From: Pseudomonadota bacterium | GTDB taxonomy: Bacteria; Pseudomonadota; Gammaproteobacteria; Berkiellales; Berkiellaceae | Length of the DNA stretch: 64,000 nt | Direction: 5' to 3' | NCBI GenBank assembly: GCA_018241965.1 | Contig: JAFECS010000011.1 | Span: 92,690 to 156,689 of the forward strand | Part shown: in pieces, positions 41,873 through 52,671 of the stretch | Numbering within the stretch: position 1 is the first letter of the stretch | Layout of the letters: every line of letters starts with the position of its first letter | Position numbers and translations under genes: made by a program | The notes under the pieces: model-generated | Database searches by the model: none | Told to the model about the DNA's origin: nothing | The model's input: only the letters and a program-made list of their open reading frames with translations

Positions 41873-42265
41873 ATGCCCTTTGTATCAATTGAAGTTAGAA
41901 ATAAATATACCGAAGACCAAGAACTAGCTTTAATAAGTGCCGTGCAAAGTGCCATTTCAGAGGCTTTCCAAAAGCCTGATGATATTAATGTACGTCTGTT
42001 TGCCCATGAACCACATCGTTTTGCAGCCCCCAAGAACTTAACGCAGCCTGAGCTTTACACCAATGTCACTATTGACTGTATTATGGGGCGAACCCTGGAA
42101 ACAAAACGAAAACTATATCGCTTGATTGTTAATCATTTAGAATCTTTGGGGATCCCTAAAGATCACATCAAAATTCTTTTAAGGGAAAACAAAAAAGAAG
42201 ATTGGGGTATACGGGGTGGGCAAGCTGCATGTGATGTCGATCTTGGATATGCAGTTGAAGTTTAA
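41873..42265 (+). CDS. Tautomerase family protein
   Basis: ATG at 41873 gives the catalytic Pro-1 (MPFV) with AAGGA upstream; GRTLETKRKLY, WGIRGG. Confidence 0.85.
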   Translation: MPFVSIEVRNKYTEDQELALISAVQSAISEAFQKPDDINVRLFAHEPHRFAAPKNLTQPELYTNVTIDCIMGRTLETKRKLYRLIVNHLESLGIPKDHIKILLRENKKEDWGIRGGQAACDVDLGYAVEV

Positions 42266-42339
42266 CGTTGCTTTGTGCGATTGATTTATTTGTAATTTAT
42301 GTTCATATTACACATCAATCAATAAAATATAGGCACAAC

Positions 42340-43323
42340 ATGTTATTAGATGGACCTTCTAGCACCCAATGTAATAAAGATTCTGACAATATTCGCTTAT
42401 TCGTCGAGTTGCTAAATACAGAGCATCCACTTTCAGAGAGTGGCGAGGGAACCTTAACACTTCCCCCGCCCCCACTGTTTGAAGAGGCGTTAAGCTTACC
42501 CAAATCTTTACCACAAAGTCCGGATAGCGAAGAATCACTCTCTGTTGGGAATGATGGATCTGATTACAAACCAAATCGAAGTGTTAAAAAAACCGCTTCA
42601 CGAAGCGCGTATTTAATTTGCAGTAAAATCACTTTGGAACAAGGACCAAGCAAACTTGCCGACTTGAAAAAAGAAATCACGGATCTTGAAACAGAAAAAG
42701 CCTCAACCAAAAACAAATATAAACTTAAAACAATTAATGCCAAACTTGAAAGGCGCCAATATTCCCTGTTTAGGCTCCAAAACCATCTTAAAAGCCTACA
42801 AGATAAAGCGCCTGCCGCTGTTGAGGCACAACCCTCTACTCCTGCTGTTTCCCCCTTAGTGCAAGAAAATACCCAGTTACAACGAGAGCTATGTATTTTA
42901 AAAAAATTTGTTTCAGACCAAGCAAACCTAACTGAAAATACTGAAAAAGAAATCGAGCAATTACGGTTAACCAATAAAACGCTTACAGAACAATTATCTA
43001 AAAGTGAGACACAATTAAAAGACTCACAGAGAACACCGCAAAGCGTACATCAGGAATGCCAAGTAGAACGCGAAAGGTTGCTTGATAAAATTCACAGATG
43101 GGCAAGAGCCTATGATGAACTTGAGGATCTTTTGTACTATGAGCGAAGGGCACACCAAGACCAAGTAGTGCATTTAGAAAACACGGTTGATGATTTGCAG
43201 CTTGAACTCTTCGCGCAGCGCACACCCCCGATGCTGCGCCAGCGGCATCAACATAGAACAGCGGACCAACCAAGGCCTCAAGAGAATTGCCAAAGATTTG
43301 ATAAGCCCGCAAAACCTAGATAA
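42340..43323 (+). CDS. Hypothetical coiled-coil protein; candidate effector
   Basis: Pro/Ser-rich N-terminus (LPPPPLFEE), long heptad-rich segments, basic C-terminus; ATG at 42340. Confidence 0.65.
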   Translation: MLLDGPSSTQCNKDSDNIRLFVELLNTEHPLSESGEGTLTLPPPPLFEEALSLPKSLPQSPDSEESLSVGNDGSDYKPNRSVKKTASRSAYLICSKITLEQGPSKLADLKKEITDLETEKASTKNKYKLKTINAKLERRQYSLFRLQNHLKSLQDKAPAAVEAQPSTPAVSPLVQENTQLQRELCILKKFVSDQANLTENTEKEIEQLRLTNKTLTEQLSKSETQLKDSQRTPQSVHQECQVERERLLDKIHRWARAYDELEDLLYYERRAHQDQVVHLENTVDDLQLELFAQRTPPMLRQRHQHRTADQPRPQENCQRFDKPAKPR

Positions 43324-43347
43324 CAAAGCCCTTTTTTGAAGCGGGTT

Positions 43348-44274
43348 TTATTGAATATGCGCCAAAATGCCTTCTAGCTCATCAACGCTGTTGTAACGAA
43401 TTACAACCAATCCTTTGCCGCGGCTTGAATGTCTAATACCCACTTTGGCGCCTAATTTATCCGCCAAATCATCTTCTAATCGGCGAATATTGGGATCGAT
43501 CACTCTGACTTCTTTCACACGCTCTTGTTTGGGCTCTTCAAGCCCTTCACCATCTACCAGCTTAGCTACCAGGCGCTCGGTTTCTCGTACTGATAACCCT
43601 TTTTCGACCACCATGTGCGCAATTTGGCTTTGCTGTGTGCCTTTAAGGCCTAATAACGCTCGCGCATGTCCCATTTCAATTTGATCTTGATCAAGCAAAG
43701 CTTGTACATCTGGGTTTAAGGTTAATAGCCGCAACAAATTGGTTACGCTGGCACGCGATTTACCCACCGCTTCTGCAACTTGTAAATGGGTTAATTGTAG
43801 TTCTTCGGATAAACGTTTTAATGCCATCGCTTCTTCAATAGCATTCAAGTTTTCACGTTGAATATTTTCAATCAGCGCCATCGCCATGGCAGCTTCATCG
43901 GGCACTTGGCGCACAATGGTGGGCACTTGCGCAAGGCCTGCCAATTGCGCAGCACGCCAGCGACGCTCACCAGCAATAATTTCATAATGCTGATTTTTAG
44001 GGCGCACCACGATAGGTTGTAATAACCCTTGTGCACGTATAGATTCGGCTAATTGCTCTAACCCTTCATGACGAATATGCTGACGCGGCTGAAAAGGGCC
44101 AACCACTAATTTTTCCACCGGCAAGTAAAGCAGATCTTGCCCAGCTACCGGCTCACCATCTTTGGGTGGGTTAACAGGCTGTGGTTTATCCCTTGAAACA
44201 GCAATGCTGTTGCCAATGCTTGCCGACAATAATTCGTTTAAGCCTTTTCCTAAGCCTCGTTTTTTACTCGACAT
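43348..44274 (-). CDS. parB: Chromosome partitioning protein ParB
   Basis: KRGLGKGL, QPRQ, IIAGERRWRAAQ, ALIENIQRENL, HTH. Confidence 0.97.
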   Translation of the reverse strand: MSSKKRGLGKGLNELLSASIGNSIAVSRDKPQPVNPPKDGEPVAGQDLLYLPVEKLVVGPFQPRQHIRHEGLEQLAESIRAQGLLQPIVVRPKNQHYEIIAGERRWRAAQLAGLAQVPTIVRQVPDEAAMAMALIENIQRENLNAIEEAMALKRLSEELQLTHLQVAEAVGKSRASVTNLLRLLTLNPDVQALLDQDQIEMGHARALLGLKGTQQSQIAHMVVEKGLSVRETERLVAKLVDGEGLEEPKQERVKEVRVIDPNIRRLEDDLADKLGAKVGIRHSSRGKGLVVIRYNSVDELEGILAHIQ

Positions 44275-45083
44275 TATGTAACCTTTTCACGTTGTTTCTT
44301 GGCTTTGTTAGCAATTAACTTTTCCTTGCGTAAAAACTCAGCCGCTAAAGTATGATAGGCGCTAGAGCCTCTTGAGCTTTTATCGTAAAGCTGCACCGGT
44401 AACCCATAACTTGGTGCTTCAGCCAAGCGCACATTTCGTGGGATCACAGTTTGAAAAACTTTATTCTTAAAATGAGAAACCAATTGCGAGGACACTTCTG
44501 CTGCCAGGCGGTTACGACCATCATACATGGTACGAATAATGCCCTTCACTTCCAAACGTGGATTCACCGAGCTTTGTAATTGCTTCATGGTGTTCATTAA
44601 ATCGGTGAGCCCTTCAAGCGCAAAATACTCACACTGCATAGCTATGATAATGCCATCGGCAGCCACTAATGCATTCACCGTTAACATGTTCAAAGAAGGT
44701 GGGCAATCTAAAAAAATATAATCGTATTGATCAATAACTTTATTCAGCGCATTGGCCAATGAGCGCGGCTCGGCTTGTTTTTTAAGTAACACCACCTCTG
44801 CCGCCGTAAGATCACTGTTGGCTGGGATAAGATCATATCCTGCTGGGGTATGAGGAATAATGACTTCTCGCGCACTGGCTTTACCTTGTAACAAATCATT
44901 CATGGTCAATTCTGTGGCGTTTTTATCTACCCCGCTGCCCATGGTCGCATTGCCCTGAGGATCGAGATCGCACAATAGTACACGTTTTTTGGATAAAACA
45001 AGAGAGGCGGCTAAATTAATGCAGCAAGTGGTTTTTCCCACCCCCCCTTTTTGATTTGCAAACGCCAGTATTTGTGCTGCCAT
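44274..45083 (-). CDS. parA: Chromosome partitioning ATPase ParA/Soj
   Basis: NQKGGVGKTT, DLDPQGNAT, DCPPSL, IPRNVRLAEAPS. Confidence 0.97.
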   Translation of the reverse strand: MAAQILAFANQKGGVGKTTCCINLAASLVLSKKRVLLCDLDPQGNATMGSGVDKNATELTMNDLLQGKASAREVIIPHTPAGYDLIPANSDLTAAEVVLLKKQAEPRSLANALNKVIDQYDYIFLDCPPSLNMLTVNALVAADGIIIAMQCEYFALEGLTDLMNTMKQLQSSVNPRLEVKGIIRTMYDGRNRLAAEVSSQLVSHFKNKVFQTVIPRNVRLAEAPSYGLPVQLYDKSSRGSSAYHTLAAEFLRKEKLIANKAKKQREKVT

Positions 45084-45103
45084 ATCCTACTTTCCTTTAT
45101 TCA

Positions 45104-45754
45104 CTAAATTCTCGCAATGATGCCTAAATGCCGCTGGGCATTTTCTTGAGGGACCCTTAAAGATACCATGTGTTCAATTTCAAATCCTGGGGGTAAGCTT
45201 AAGGTCTCTTGCTCAAGCCTGCCCAACATCGCCAGAAAACGTCCCTTATCCGCTAGCAAATGCTCTGTTAAGGCTAACATGAGTGACAATGGCGCAAAGG
45301 CCCGGGTAACGATAGTACTAAACTTTTCTGTTGGTTGATATGCTTTCACCTCAGAATGCACACACTGCACGTTTTTCAGAGACAGTGATTTAACTACTTG
45401 TGAAACAAAAACTTGCTTCTTATGGTTACTATCTAACAAAAAAAAGTTTAAATTTGGGTTCATGATAGCCAATGGGATCCCAGGCAAGCCAGCGCCTGTT
45501 CCCACATCAATAATCCTGTCACCATGGAGGTATGGCATAACCGACAAGCTATCTAAAAGATGCCGTGACACCATTTCTTGAGGATTTCTAATGGCGGTTA
45601 AATTTAAACGCTGATTCCATTTAAACAATAATTCTAAATAATCCACGCATTGCGATATTTGCAAAGCACTTGCTGTCAATGACATTGCTTTTATGCCTTG
45701 CAGACATTGTGCTTGGCAGGCTGATTTATCAAATACTTTAACAGGCTGGGACAT
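45104..45754 (-). CDS. rsmG: 16S rRNA m7G527 methyltransferase
   Basis: [27 protein letters not shown]. Confidence 0.95.
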   Translation of the reverse strand: MSQPVKVFDKSACQAQCLQGIKAMSLTASALQISQCVDYLELLFKWNQRLNLTAIRNPQEMVSRHLLDSLSVMPYLHGDRIIDVGTGAGLPGIPLAIMNPNLNFFLLDSNHKKQVFVSQVVKSLSLKNVQCVHSEVKAYQPTEKFSTIVTRAFAPLSLMLALTEHLLADKGRFLAMLGRLEQETLSLPPGFEIEHMVSLRVPQENAQRHLGIIARI

Positions 45755-47669
45755 TTTCGCTCTCTAAAGCCATTTGATGTTTTTTAATGTAAATTAACAA
45801 TAAAGAAATCGCCGCCGGGGTGACACCCGGAATTCGCGAAGCCATACCCACCGTTTTAGGTTTGGTTTTATTGAGTTTTTCCACAATCTCTGCGGATAAC
45901 CCCGGGATCCCTTTATAAACAAAATTTTCAGGAATAAGCGTGTTTTCATTTTTCGCCGAGCGCGCAATATCTACGCTTTGTTTGGCAATATAACCGGCAT
46001 ATTTTGCTTGTGTTTCAACTTGTTCGATGGCTTGAATAACCTGTGCATCAAAAGCGATATTTTCTTGTTCCAGCACTTGCTTCACTTTTGGCAACCCAAT
46101 TAGCATATCAATAGTTACCTCAGGACGCGTGATAAGCTCGATTAATTTAAAATCTCTAGATAAATCAATTTTCGCTGTTTGTTTTAACTGCTCGGCATCC
46201 GTTGAGTCCGGTAAAACAGAAACGGATTTCATGATCTCATAAATGTGTGCGATAGCTGCTTTTTTCTGATTAAAAAACGCCCAGCGTTCATCGTCAATGA
46301 GCCCCATATTACGGCCAATTTCCGTTAATCTGAGATCAGCATTATCTTCTCTTAACAATAAACGAAATTCAGCGCGTGAGGTGAACATTCTATAAGGCTC
46401 TAGTGTGCCTAAAGTAATTAAATCATCTATTAACACGCCAATATAGGCTTCATCACGACCAATAGTCCACAACGTTTCGCCAAATGCTGTGCGTGCGGCA
46501 TTAATACCTGCCACAATACCCTGCGCGGCGGCTTCTTCATAACCTGTAGTACCATTAATTTGGCCAGCAAAAAATAAAGCTTTAACAAAACGCGATTGTA
46601 AACTGGGCTCCAGCTCTCTGGGATCAAAATAATCGTACTCGATGGCATAACCAGGACGCGTAATGTGGGCTTTTTCTAGGCCTTTCATCGAACGTACTAA
46701 TTTTAATTGCACATCAAAAGGTAAGCTGGTGGAAATACCATTAGGATAATACTCATGGGTGGTTAATCCTTCCGGCTCTAAAAATATTTGATGCGAATTT
46801 TTTTCTTTAAAGCGAACCACCTTATCTTCTATGGAGGGGCAGTATCTTGGCCCCACGCCTTCAATGACCCCTGAAAATAGTGGCGATCTATCCAAACCTG
46901 ATTTGATAATTTCATGCGTGTGTTCATTGGTGTGGGTAATATGACAACTCACCTGTGTGGGATGCTCATGCGCGCTTCCCAAAAAAGAAAAAACTGGGCA
47001 GGGGTTATCCCCAGGTTGTTCAGTCAGTTCAGAGAAATCAATGGTGCGACCATCAATGCGTGGTGGCGTGCCTGTTTTTAAACGGCCCATAGTAAAAGGC
47101 AAATCACGTAACTTGGTAGCCAAGGTATGTGCCGGCGGGCACCCGGCTCTACCGCCTTGATAATTATTTAACCCAATATGAATTTTTCCGGCTAAAAAAG
47201 TTCCTGCAGTTAACACGACTGATCTGGCAAAAAAACTTAACCCCATCTGGGCAACAACGCCGCAGGCCTGATTGTTTTTTATAATTAAATCGTCAACCGC
47301 TTGTTGAAAAAGCCATAGATTTTGCTGATTTTCTAACGCGCTGCGAATAGCTTGTTTATAAAGCAACCTATCGGCTTGTGCGCGTGTGGCTCTCACGGCA
47401 GGGCCTTTGCTGGCATTTAAAATACGAAACTGAATACCGCCTTTATCTGCGGCTTTTGCCATCATGCCGCCTAAGGCATCGATTTCTTTTACTAGGTGTC
47501 CTTTGCCTATTCCACCAATAGCAGGGTTGCAAGACATTTGTCCTAAAGTTTCAATATTATGAGAGAGCAATAAAGTTTTCGCCCCCAGGCGAGCACTGGC
47601 CAAGGCAGCCTCCGTTCCCGCATGACCGCCCCCAACTACTATCACATCAAAATGTTCTGGAAAGTCCAT
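45738..47669 (-). CDS. mnmG: tRNA uridine-5-carboxymethylaminomethyl modification enzyme
   Basis: [43 protein letters not shown]. Confidence 0.98.
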   Translation of the reverse strand: MDFPEHFDVIVVGGGHAGTEAALASARLGAKTLLLSHNIETLGQMSCNPAIGGIGKGHLVKEIDALGGMMAKAADKGGIQFRILNASKGPAVRATRAQADRLLYKQAIRSALENQQNLWLFQQAVDDLIIKNNQACGVVAQMGLSFFARSVVLTAGTFLAGKIHIGLNNYQGGRAGCPPAHTLATKLRDLPFTMGRLKTGTPPRIDGRTIDFSELTEQPGDNPCPVFSFLGSAHEHPTQVSCHITHTNEHTHEIIKSGLDRSPLFSGVIEGVGPRYCPSIEDKVVRFKEKNSHQIFLEPEGLTTHEYYPNGISTSLPFDVQLKLVRSMKGLEKAHITRPGYAIEYDYFDPRELEPSLQSRFVKALFFAGQINGTTGYEEAAAQGIVAGINAARTAFGETLWTIGRDEAYIGVLIDDLITLGTLEPYRMFTSRAEFRLLLREDNADLRLTEIGRNMGLIDDERWAFFNQKKAAIAHIYEIMKSVSVLPDSTDAEQLKQTAKIDLSRDFKLIELITRPEVTIDMLIGLPKVKQVLEQENIAFDAQVIQAIEQVETQAKYAGYIAKQSVDIARSAKNENTLIPENFVYKGIPGLSAEIVEKLNKTKPKTVGMASRIPGVTPAAISLLLIYIKKHQMALESENVPAC

Positions 47670-47670
47670 C

Positions 47671-49008
47671 TCATTTACCTATGCAAAAACTGGCAAAAAT
47701 TTTGCCTAATAAATCATCTGGGGTAATTTTACCCACAATTTCACCTAGCGCTTCTTGTGCATAACGCAATTCTTGCGCCACCAATTCGCCTGCTTTGATT
47801 TTTACTAATTGCCTATGTGCCTCATCACAATGAATATGAGCTTTTTGCAAGGCATCCAGGTGACGGCGTCTGGCAATGAAGGCGCCATTATCTATCGTTT
47901 GCATCCCCTGGGACGCTTTTAACATAAACAACAAAGCATCAATCCCCTGCCCTGTTTTGGCGCTTAAATAAATTTTATTATCAAGGTTCTCAGGGGCATT
48001 GTTTATCATATCCACTTTATTCATGACCAATGTCACTTTATTGCCATGCAATTTCATTATTTCAATTTCTTCCGTGGCTAATTCTTCACCTTGGCTTGTG
48101 TCTTTAACTAATAATATTTTATCTGCCAAAGCAAACTGCTCTTTGGCACGCTTAATACCTTCTTGCTCAATCAGCTCTGCCTCAAGACGAATTCCCGCTG
48201 TATCAATAAGATTGATGGGAATACCGTCAATTTGAATCGTTTCTTTCACAAGATCGCGCGTTGTTCCAGGGATGGGCGTGACGATAGCGCTTTCTTTGCG
48301 GGTCAATTGATTTAATAAGCTGGATTTTCCGGCATTGGGTAACCCTGCAAAAACTACATTCATGCCCTCACGCAAAACCTGACCCACTTTTGCAGATTTT
48401 TGCAATGTTATTATTTGCGACAAGATAGCTTCTATTTTTTCTAAGACGTTCCCTTCACTTAGAAAGTCAATTTCTTCTTCGGGAAAATCAATGGCCGCTT
48501 CCACATAAAGTCTTAGCGCCATCATTTCATTGGCAAGCTTCTCAATTTGCTCAGAAAAAACGCCTTGTAATGATCTGCTTGCACTTAAGGCGGCTTGTTT
48601 AGTGCTAGCATCAATTAAGTCGGCTACCGCTTCGCACTGCGCTAAATCCATTTTGCCATTTAAAAACGCGCGTTCACTAAATTCACCCGGCTTTGCCAGA
48701 CGTGCACCATGAGTTAAAACAGTGCTTAATAACATATCCATTAACACCGGGCCGCCATGTGCATGCAGCTCTAACAGATCTTCACCGGTAAATGAGTTTG
48801 GCGCGCTAAAATAAAGCGCTAGCCCTTTATCAATAATATTGCCTTTAATATCATAAAAAGATCGTAAAGCAGCAATGCGCGGTTGAGGGAGATTTTTAAT
48901 GATTTGTTGTGCAATCAAAACAACATTTTGCCCAGAAACCCGCACAATCCCAACGCCCCCTCTTCCGGGAGGCGTTGCAATTGCGGCAATGGTGTCTGCG
49001 CTTGACAT
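47671..49008 (-). CDS. mnmE: tRNA modification GTPase
   Basis: [32 protein letters not shown]. Confidence 0.98.
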   Translation of the reverse strand: MSSADTIAAIATPPGRGGVGIVRVSGQNVVLIAQQIIKNLPQPRIAALRSFYDIKGNIIDKGLALYFSAPNSFTGEDLLELHAHGGPVLMDMLLSTVLTHGARLAKPGEFSERAFLNGKMDLAQCEAVADLIDASTKQAALSASRSLQGVFSEQIEKLANEMMALRLYVEAAIDFPEEEIDFLSEGNVLEKIEAILSQIITLQKSAKVGQVLREGMNVVFAGLPNAGKSSLLNQLTRKESAIVTPIPGTTRDLVKETIQIDGIPINLIDTAGIRLEAELIEQEGIKRAKEQFALADKILLVKDTSQGEELATEEIEIMKLHGNKVTLVMNKVDMINNAPENLDNKIYLSAKTGQGIDALLFMLKASQGMQTIDNGAFIARRRHLDALQKAHIHCDEAHRQLVKIKAGELVAQELRYAQEALGEIVGKITPDDLLGKIFASFCIGK

Positions 49009-49011
49009 GGT

Positions 49012-50697
49012 TTACTTCGCTTTTTTAAGCGTAGTCCCTTCACGCTCTAAGTTTTTGGTAATGAACCATTGCTGAACCATGGAAAGGATATTATTCACTG
49101 TCCAGTATAAAACCAATCCAGCAGGGAAAGACACAAACAACACCGTAAAAATAACCGGCATAAACATCATTACTTTTGCCTGAATAGGATCAGGCGGTGT
49201 TGGATTCATCCTTTGTTGCAAGAACATGGTTGCGCCCATAATTAGCGGCAACACAAAATAAGGGTCACGGCTGGATAAATCTTTTATCCAAAACATGAAC
49301 GGTGCATGTCTTAATTCAACGCTTTCAAGAAGCACATAATAAAGCGCAATAAACACGGGGATTTGAATTAATATCGGCAAACACCCGCCCAATGGATTTA
49401 ACTTTTCTTTTTTGTAAAGCTCCATCAAGGCAACGCTAAATTGTTGTTTATCGTCTTTATGACGCTCTTTCAATAACTCAATGCGTGGTTGCAATAAACG
49501 CATTCTGCCCATGGAACGATAACTTGAGGCAGATAATTTATAAAATATTAGTTTAATAACGAGGGTCACCAAAATAATGGACCAACCCCAATTACCAACA
49601 AAGTTGTAAATTGCTTTAAGCAACCAAAAAATCACTTGAGAAATTGGCCATAAAATACCGTAATCAACAGTTAAATTAAGGCCTGGGGAAATTTGTTCTA
49701 AATCATGTGCGATTTCAGGGCCAATATAAAACTCACCTTTAACGGTTTGTGTTGATAAAGGCGCAACTTCAACAGGCGTTACAGCACCAATATTAAAGAT
49801 ATTGTCGTTATCTACCCGCGTGTAGTAGGTGCTGGTGCTTTGCGCATCGGGCACCCATGCAGATAAGAAATAATGTTCAATTTGTGCAGCCCACCCGCCT
49901 TGAATTTGTTCACGAAATGGCGACTTTTGCATATCTTGAAAACTGATTTTCTTGTACGGTTTGCTGGGTGTGTATACACCACCCCCTTCATACATTTGCA
50001 CGCCAAGTAACATCCCACCTTTTTTCTCTTTGTTATGTTCGCGCTGCAATTGTCCGTAAAAGCTACCTTGCCATGGCGTATTATTAGGATTGGTAATCGT
50101 ATAATCCACATTTACCAAATAGCTTCCCTTTTTAAAGGTAAATGTTTTGACAACCTTCACCCCTTGTGGACTTTGCCAAAGCATATCCACTTTAAGCTCA
50201 TCTTGATTACCAAGCTGATATTGCGTTTGCGCACTTTTATATTGCGCCCTACCCGCTTGATGTGAATCAGGGCCTAATTCGTCTTTACCGATAAGGCCGC
50301 TTTGTGCGATATAATCTCGCCCAGGACCTTTATCCAGCAGCAACACCCCTTTAGGCGAGCTAAGTGTTTCTGGATATTTCAAAAGCTCTGCTTTAACGAT
50401 ATCACCGCCAACCGCGTCGATTTTAATATTAAAAACATCGGTTTTAATCTCAATGATTTCTGAGGTTTTAGCTTGAGGTAATGTTGCACTGCTGCTTTGC
50501 GTGCTTGTTGTTGGTGCGGCTGGTGCACTGCTTGTAGGCACACTGGGAATATCGGTTGCGATTTTCCCTTCATTTGCACTTTCATTCGTTGCGTTTGTTG
50601 GGGCTACCGGATGTTCTTTTTGCCATGTGCTAAATAAGGCTAAGCCAACAACCAAAAGGGATATTAATAAAAAAAGTCGCGTTCGTTGTAGTTCCAT
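49012..50697 (-). CDS. yidC: Membrane protein insertase YidC
   Basis: GNWGWSII, NPLGGCLP, PAGLVLYWTVNN. Confidence 0.97.
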   Translation of the reverse strand: MELQRTRLFLLISLLVVGLALFSTWQKEHPVAPTNATNESANEGKIATDIPSVPTSSAPAAPTTSTQSSSATLPQAKTSEIIEIKTDVFNIKIDAVGGDIVKAELLKYPETLSSPKGVLLLDKGPGRDYIAQSGLIGKDELGPDSHQAGRAQYKSAQTQYQLGNQDELKVDMLWQSPQGVKVVKTFTFKKGSYLVNVDYTITNPNNTPWQGSFYGQLQREHNKEKKGGMLLGVQMYEGGGVYTPSKPYKKISFQDMQKSPFREQIQGGWAAQIEHYFLSAWVPDAQSTSTYYTRVDNDNIFNIGAVTPVEVAPLSTQTVKGEFYIGPEIAHDLEQISPGLNLTVDYGILWPISQVIFWLLKAIYNFVGNWGWSIILVTLVIKLIFYKLSASSYRSMGRMRLLQPRIELLKERHKDDKQQFSVALMELYKKEKLNPLGGCLPILIQIPVFIALYYVLLESVELRHAPFMFWIKDLSSRDPYFVLPLIMGATMFLQQRMNPTPPDPIQAKVMMFMPVIFTVLFVSFPAGLVLYWTVNNILSMVQQWFITKNLEREGTTLKKAK

Positions 50698-50701
50698 GCC
50701 T

Positions 50702-50947
50702 TTAATCCTGTTTACAGGTTGGTACTAAATCAATACCACCTTCATGAAAAGGATGGCATTTTAAAAGTCTTTTCAACGTTAAAAAGCAGCCGTACCCTGC
50801 TCCGTGTTTTTCGATGGCTTCCATGGCGTATTGTGAACAAGAGGGATAAAAACGGCATCTGTTACCTAGCACTGGACGTAACACCCAGCGATACAGGTGA
50901 ATTCCCCCTAAGAAAAACCCTGCAAAGAGCGCATTAATTTTTGCCAT
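50702..50947 (-). CDS. yidD: Membrane protein insertion efficiency factor
   Basis: CRFYPSCSQYA, KCHPFHEGG.D. Confidence 0.95.
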   Translation of the reverse strand: MAKINALFAGFFLGGIHLYRWVLRPVLGNRCRFYPSCSQYAMEAIEKHGAGYGCFLTLKRLLKCHPFHEGGIDLVPTCKQD

Positions 50948-51285
50948 TGCTGGTTTAATTCCTCTTGAAGTATTTGGTTACTCACTTTGGGAAATTGGCG
51001 AGTAATCACCACAACCACATCATTACCACTTATTTGTGATTGGTAATAACGAAAGCTTTCACGTATTAACCTTCTTATGCGATTTCTATTCACCGCAGAA
51101 GGAACGTGTCGTTTAGCAACTGCCAAACCTAAACGTGCCTGTATTTTCCCATTGGCATAACAAAAGAGCGTAAATAACGCCCCTTTTTGTTTGCGCCCTT
51201 GCTTAAAAACACGCTGAAAATCATCGGGAATAAGCAATCGATTTTGTTTTGGGAAAACTAAGCTTCTTTGAACAAGTGTTGTCAG
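50908..51285 (-). CDS. rnpA: Ribonuclease P protein component; probable CTG start at 51285
   Basis: RLGLAVAKR, AVNRNRIRRLIRESFR; conserved FPK..RLL lies upstream of the TTG at 51237. Confidence 0.9.
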   Translation of the reverse strand: MTTLVQRSLVFPKQNRLLIPDDFQRVFKQGRKQKGALFTLFCYANGKIQARLGLAVAKRHVPSAVNRNRIRRLIRESFRYYQSQISGNDVVVVITRQFPKVSNQILQEELNQQWQKLMRSLQGFS

Positions 51286-51356
51286 CTTAATACCCTACTT
51301 TGTCACTTAATGTATTCACGAGCGCTAGTTTTTCCGCCAACCCCAAAGGGTATGCG

Positions 51357-51512
51357 TTACTTCTTGGTTCCGCCAACAGGAGCCAGTCTCTTACGCCCTT
51401 TTCTACGACGGTTAGCCAAAACAGCTCTTCCCCCTTTTGTCTTCATGCGTGCACGAAAACCGTGGGTTCTTGCCCTTCTTACTTGGCTTTTTCTTTGGAA
51501 AGTTCTTTTCAT
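51357..51512 (-). CDS. rpmH: 50S ribosomal protein L34 (absent from the ORF track)
   Basis: Translated by hand: [51 protein letters not shown]. Confidence 0.97.
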   Translation of the reverse strand: MKRTFQRKSQVRRARTHGFRARMKTKGGRAVLANRRRKGRKRLAPVGGTKK

Positions 51513-52671
51513 GATATCTCTACAAGTTAAATAACTTTAAAACAAAAAATCCCTAAAAATTAGGCGGTTAACTATATGCGATCACTTTTTTAAAGTCAAG
51601 GTGGAAGGGTAAATGTGAAGCACAAGGATAAATTAAATTGATGAAATACAAGTAAGAAAATAGAAGATTATGATTATACATCAAAAAAATAGGGTATAAG
51701 TGAATAATTAACAATAAAAACATAGTGTTATACAAGCAAAAAGGGTGTGAATTTCCTTAAGATAAAAGGGCGAATAAACCGTGTATAACTTTAGGAAATT
51801 TCATTTTTTGCTAAAAGGCCTTTCTTTTCCACAACTTTTTACAAGCACCATCCCAAGGGTTACCCACAATTTATTTTCTATAGATGAAAGCAAACTCACC
51901 CGTATGGAAAGCTAAACATAATGATCATTATCTTTTTTTATGATCAAGATTTTAGTGATTATGATGCAGCACTATTCTGTGGATAACTGCATTTTTCTCT
52001 TTAATTACAAAAAGGTACAACCAAAATAAGTTGTTATAAGAAATTCGTATAAGCAGGGGATGAGCTGGGGATAAGTTGCTCGCTTTTTAAAAATACACAA
52101 AAGGGGCTTACTTAATAACGGGATAATGACAATTTGCGCAGAGCTTATCCCAGGCATTCTGTGGATAAAGGTACTTTTGTTAAGCAGAAAAAAAATTAAC
52201 TCAAAAACGTAAACATAATAATTTTGTTATTTATGTGATCTCTTTTTAATTAAGATAAGCAAACCATCTGCTGGGGATAGTCTTAAAAAAGATTTAATGA
52301 TCAAGATCTTATAAAAAGCAAAACACTGTGGGTTATCCGTGAAATCATTGCTAACAAGCTGTGGATAACTTAAGGGCGTTGCGGAGACAGTGGATAACTT
52401 GATGTTTTATCAACATTTTTTTGCATAGCCAACCACAAGCCATCCACGGGTGTTGGTGGATAACTTTGGCGGCAATTTAAAAAAACAGTGTGGATAACTT
52501 TTAAGAAGGGGGTTAGAATGCGTTTTCCACTTTGCGGTTAAACCCCAAGCAAGGTGGAGAGCTTAAGGCACTGTTTTAATTTTCCAACTAATTTTTATTT
52601 TGCATTGCAGATGCGACGAATTTTTTTGCCTTAAATTTTGAAAAACAATAATCGGTGGAGTTGATAGAGCA
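51513..52671. other. Chromosomal replication origin oriC (with rpmH/dnaA promoters)
   Basis: Perfect TGTGGATAA at 51978, 52160, 52360 and 52489; TTTTCCACA at 51825; one-mismatch boxes at 51860, 52066, 52389, 52407 and 52455; AT-rich tracts; mostly minus-strand genes to the left, dnaA-gyrB on plus to the right. Confidence 0.9.

Noticed and set aside
51268-51534. Plus-strand ORFs of 88 and 76 aa
   Set aside because: Antisense shadows of rpmH, which the ORF track omits
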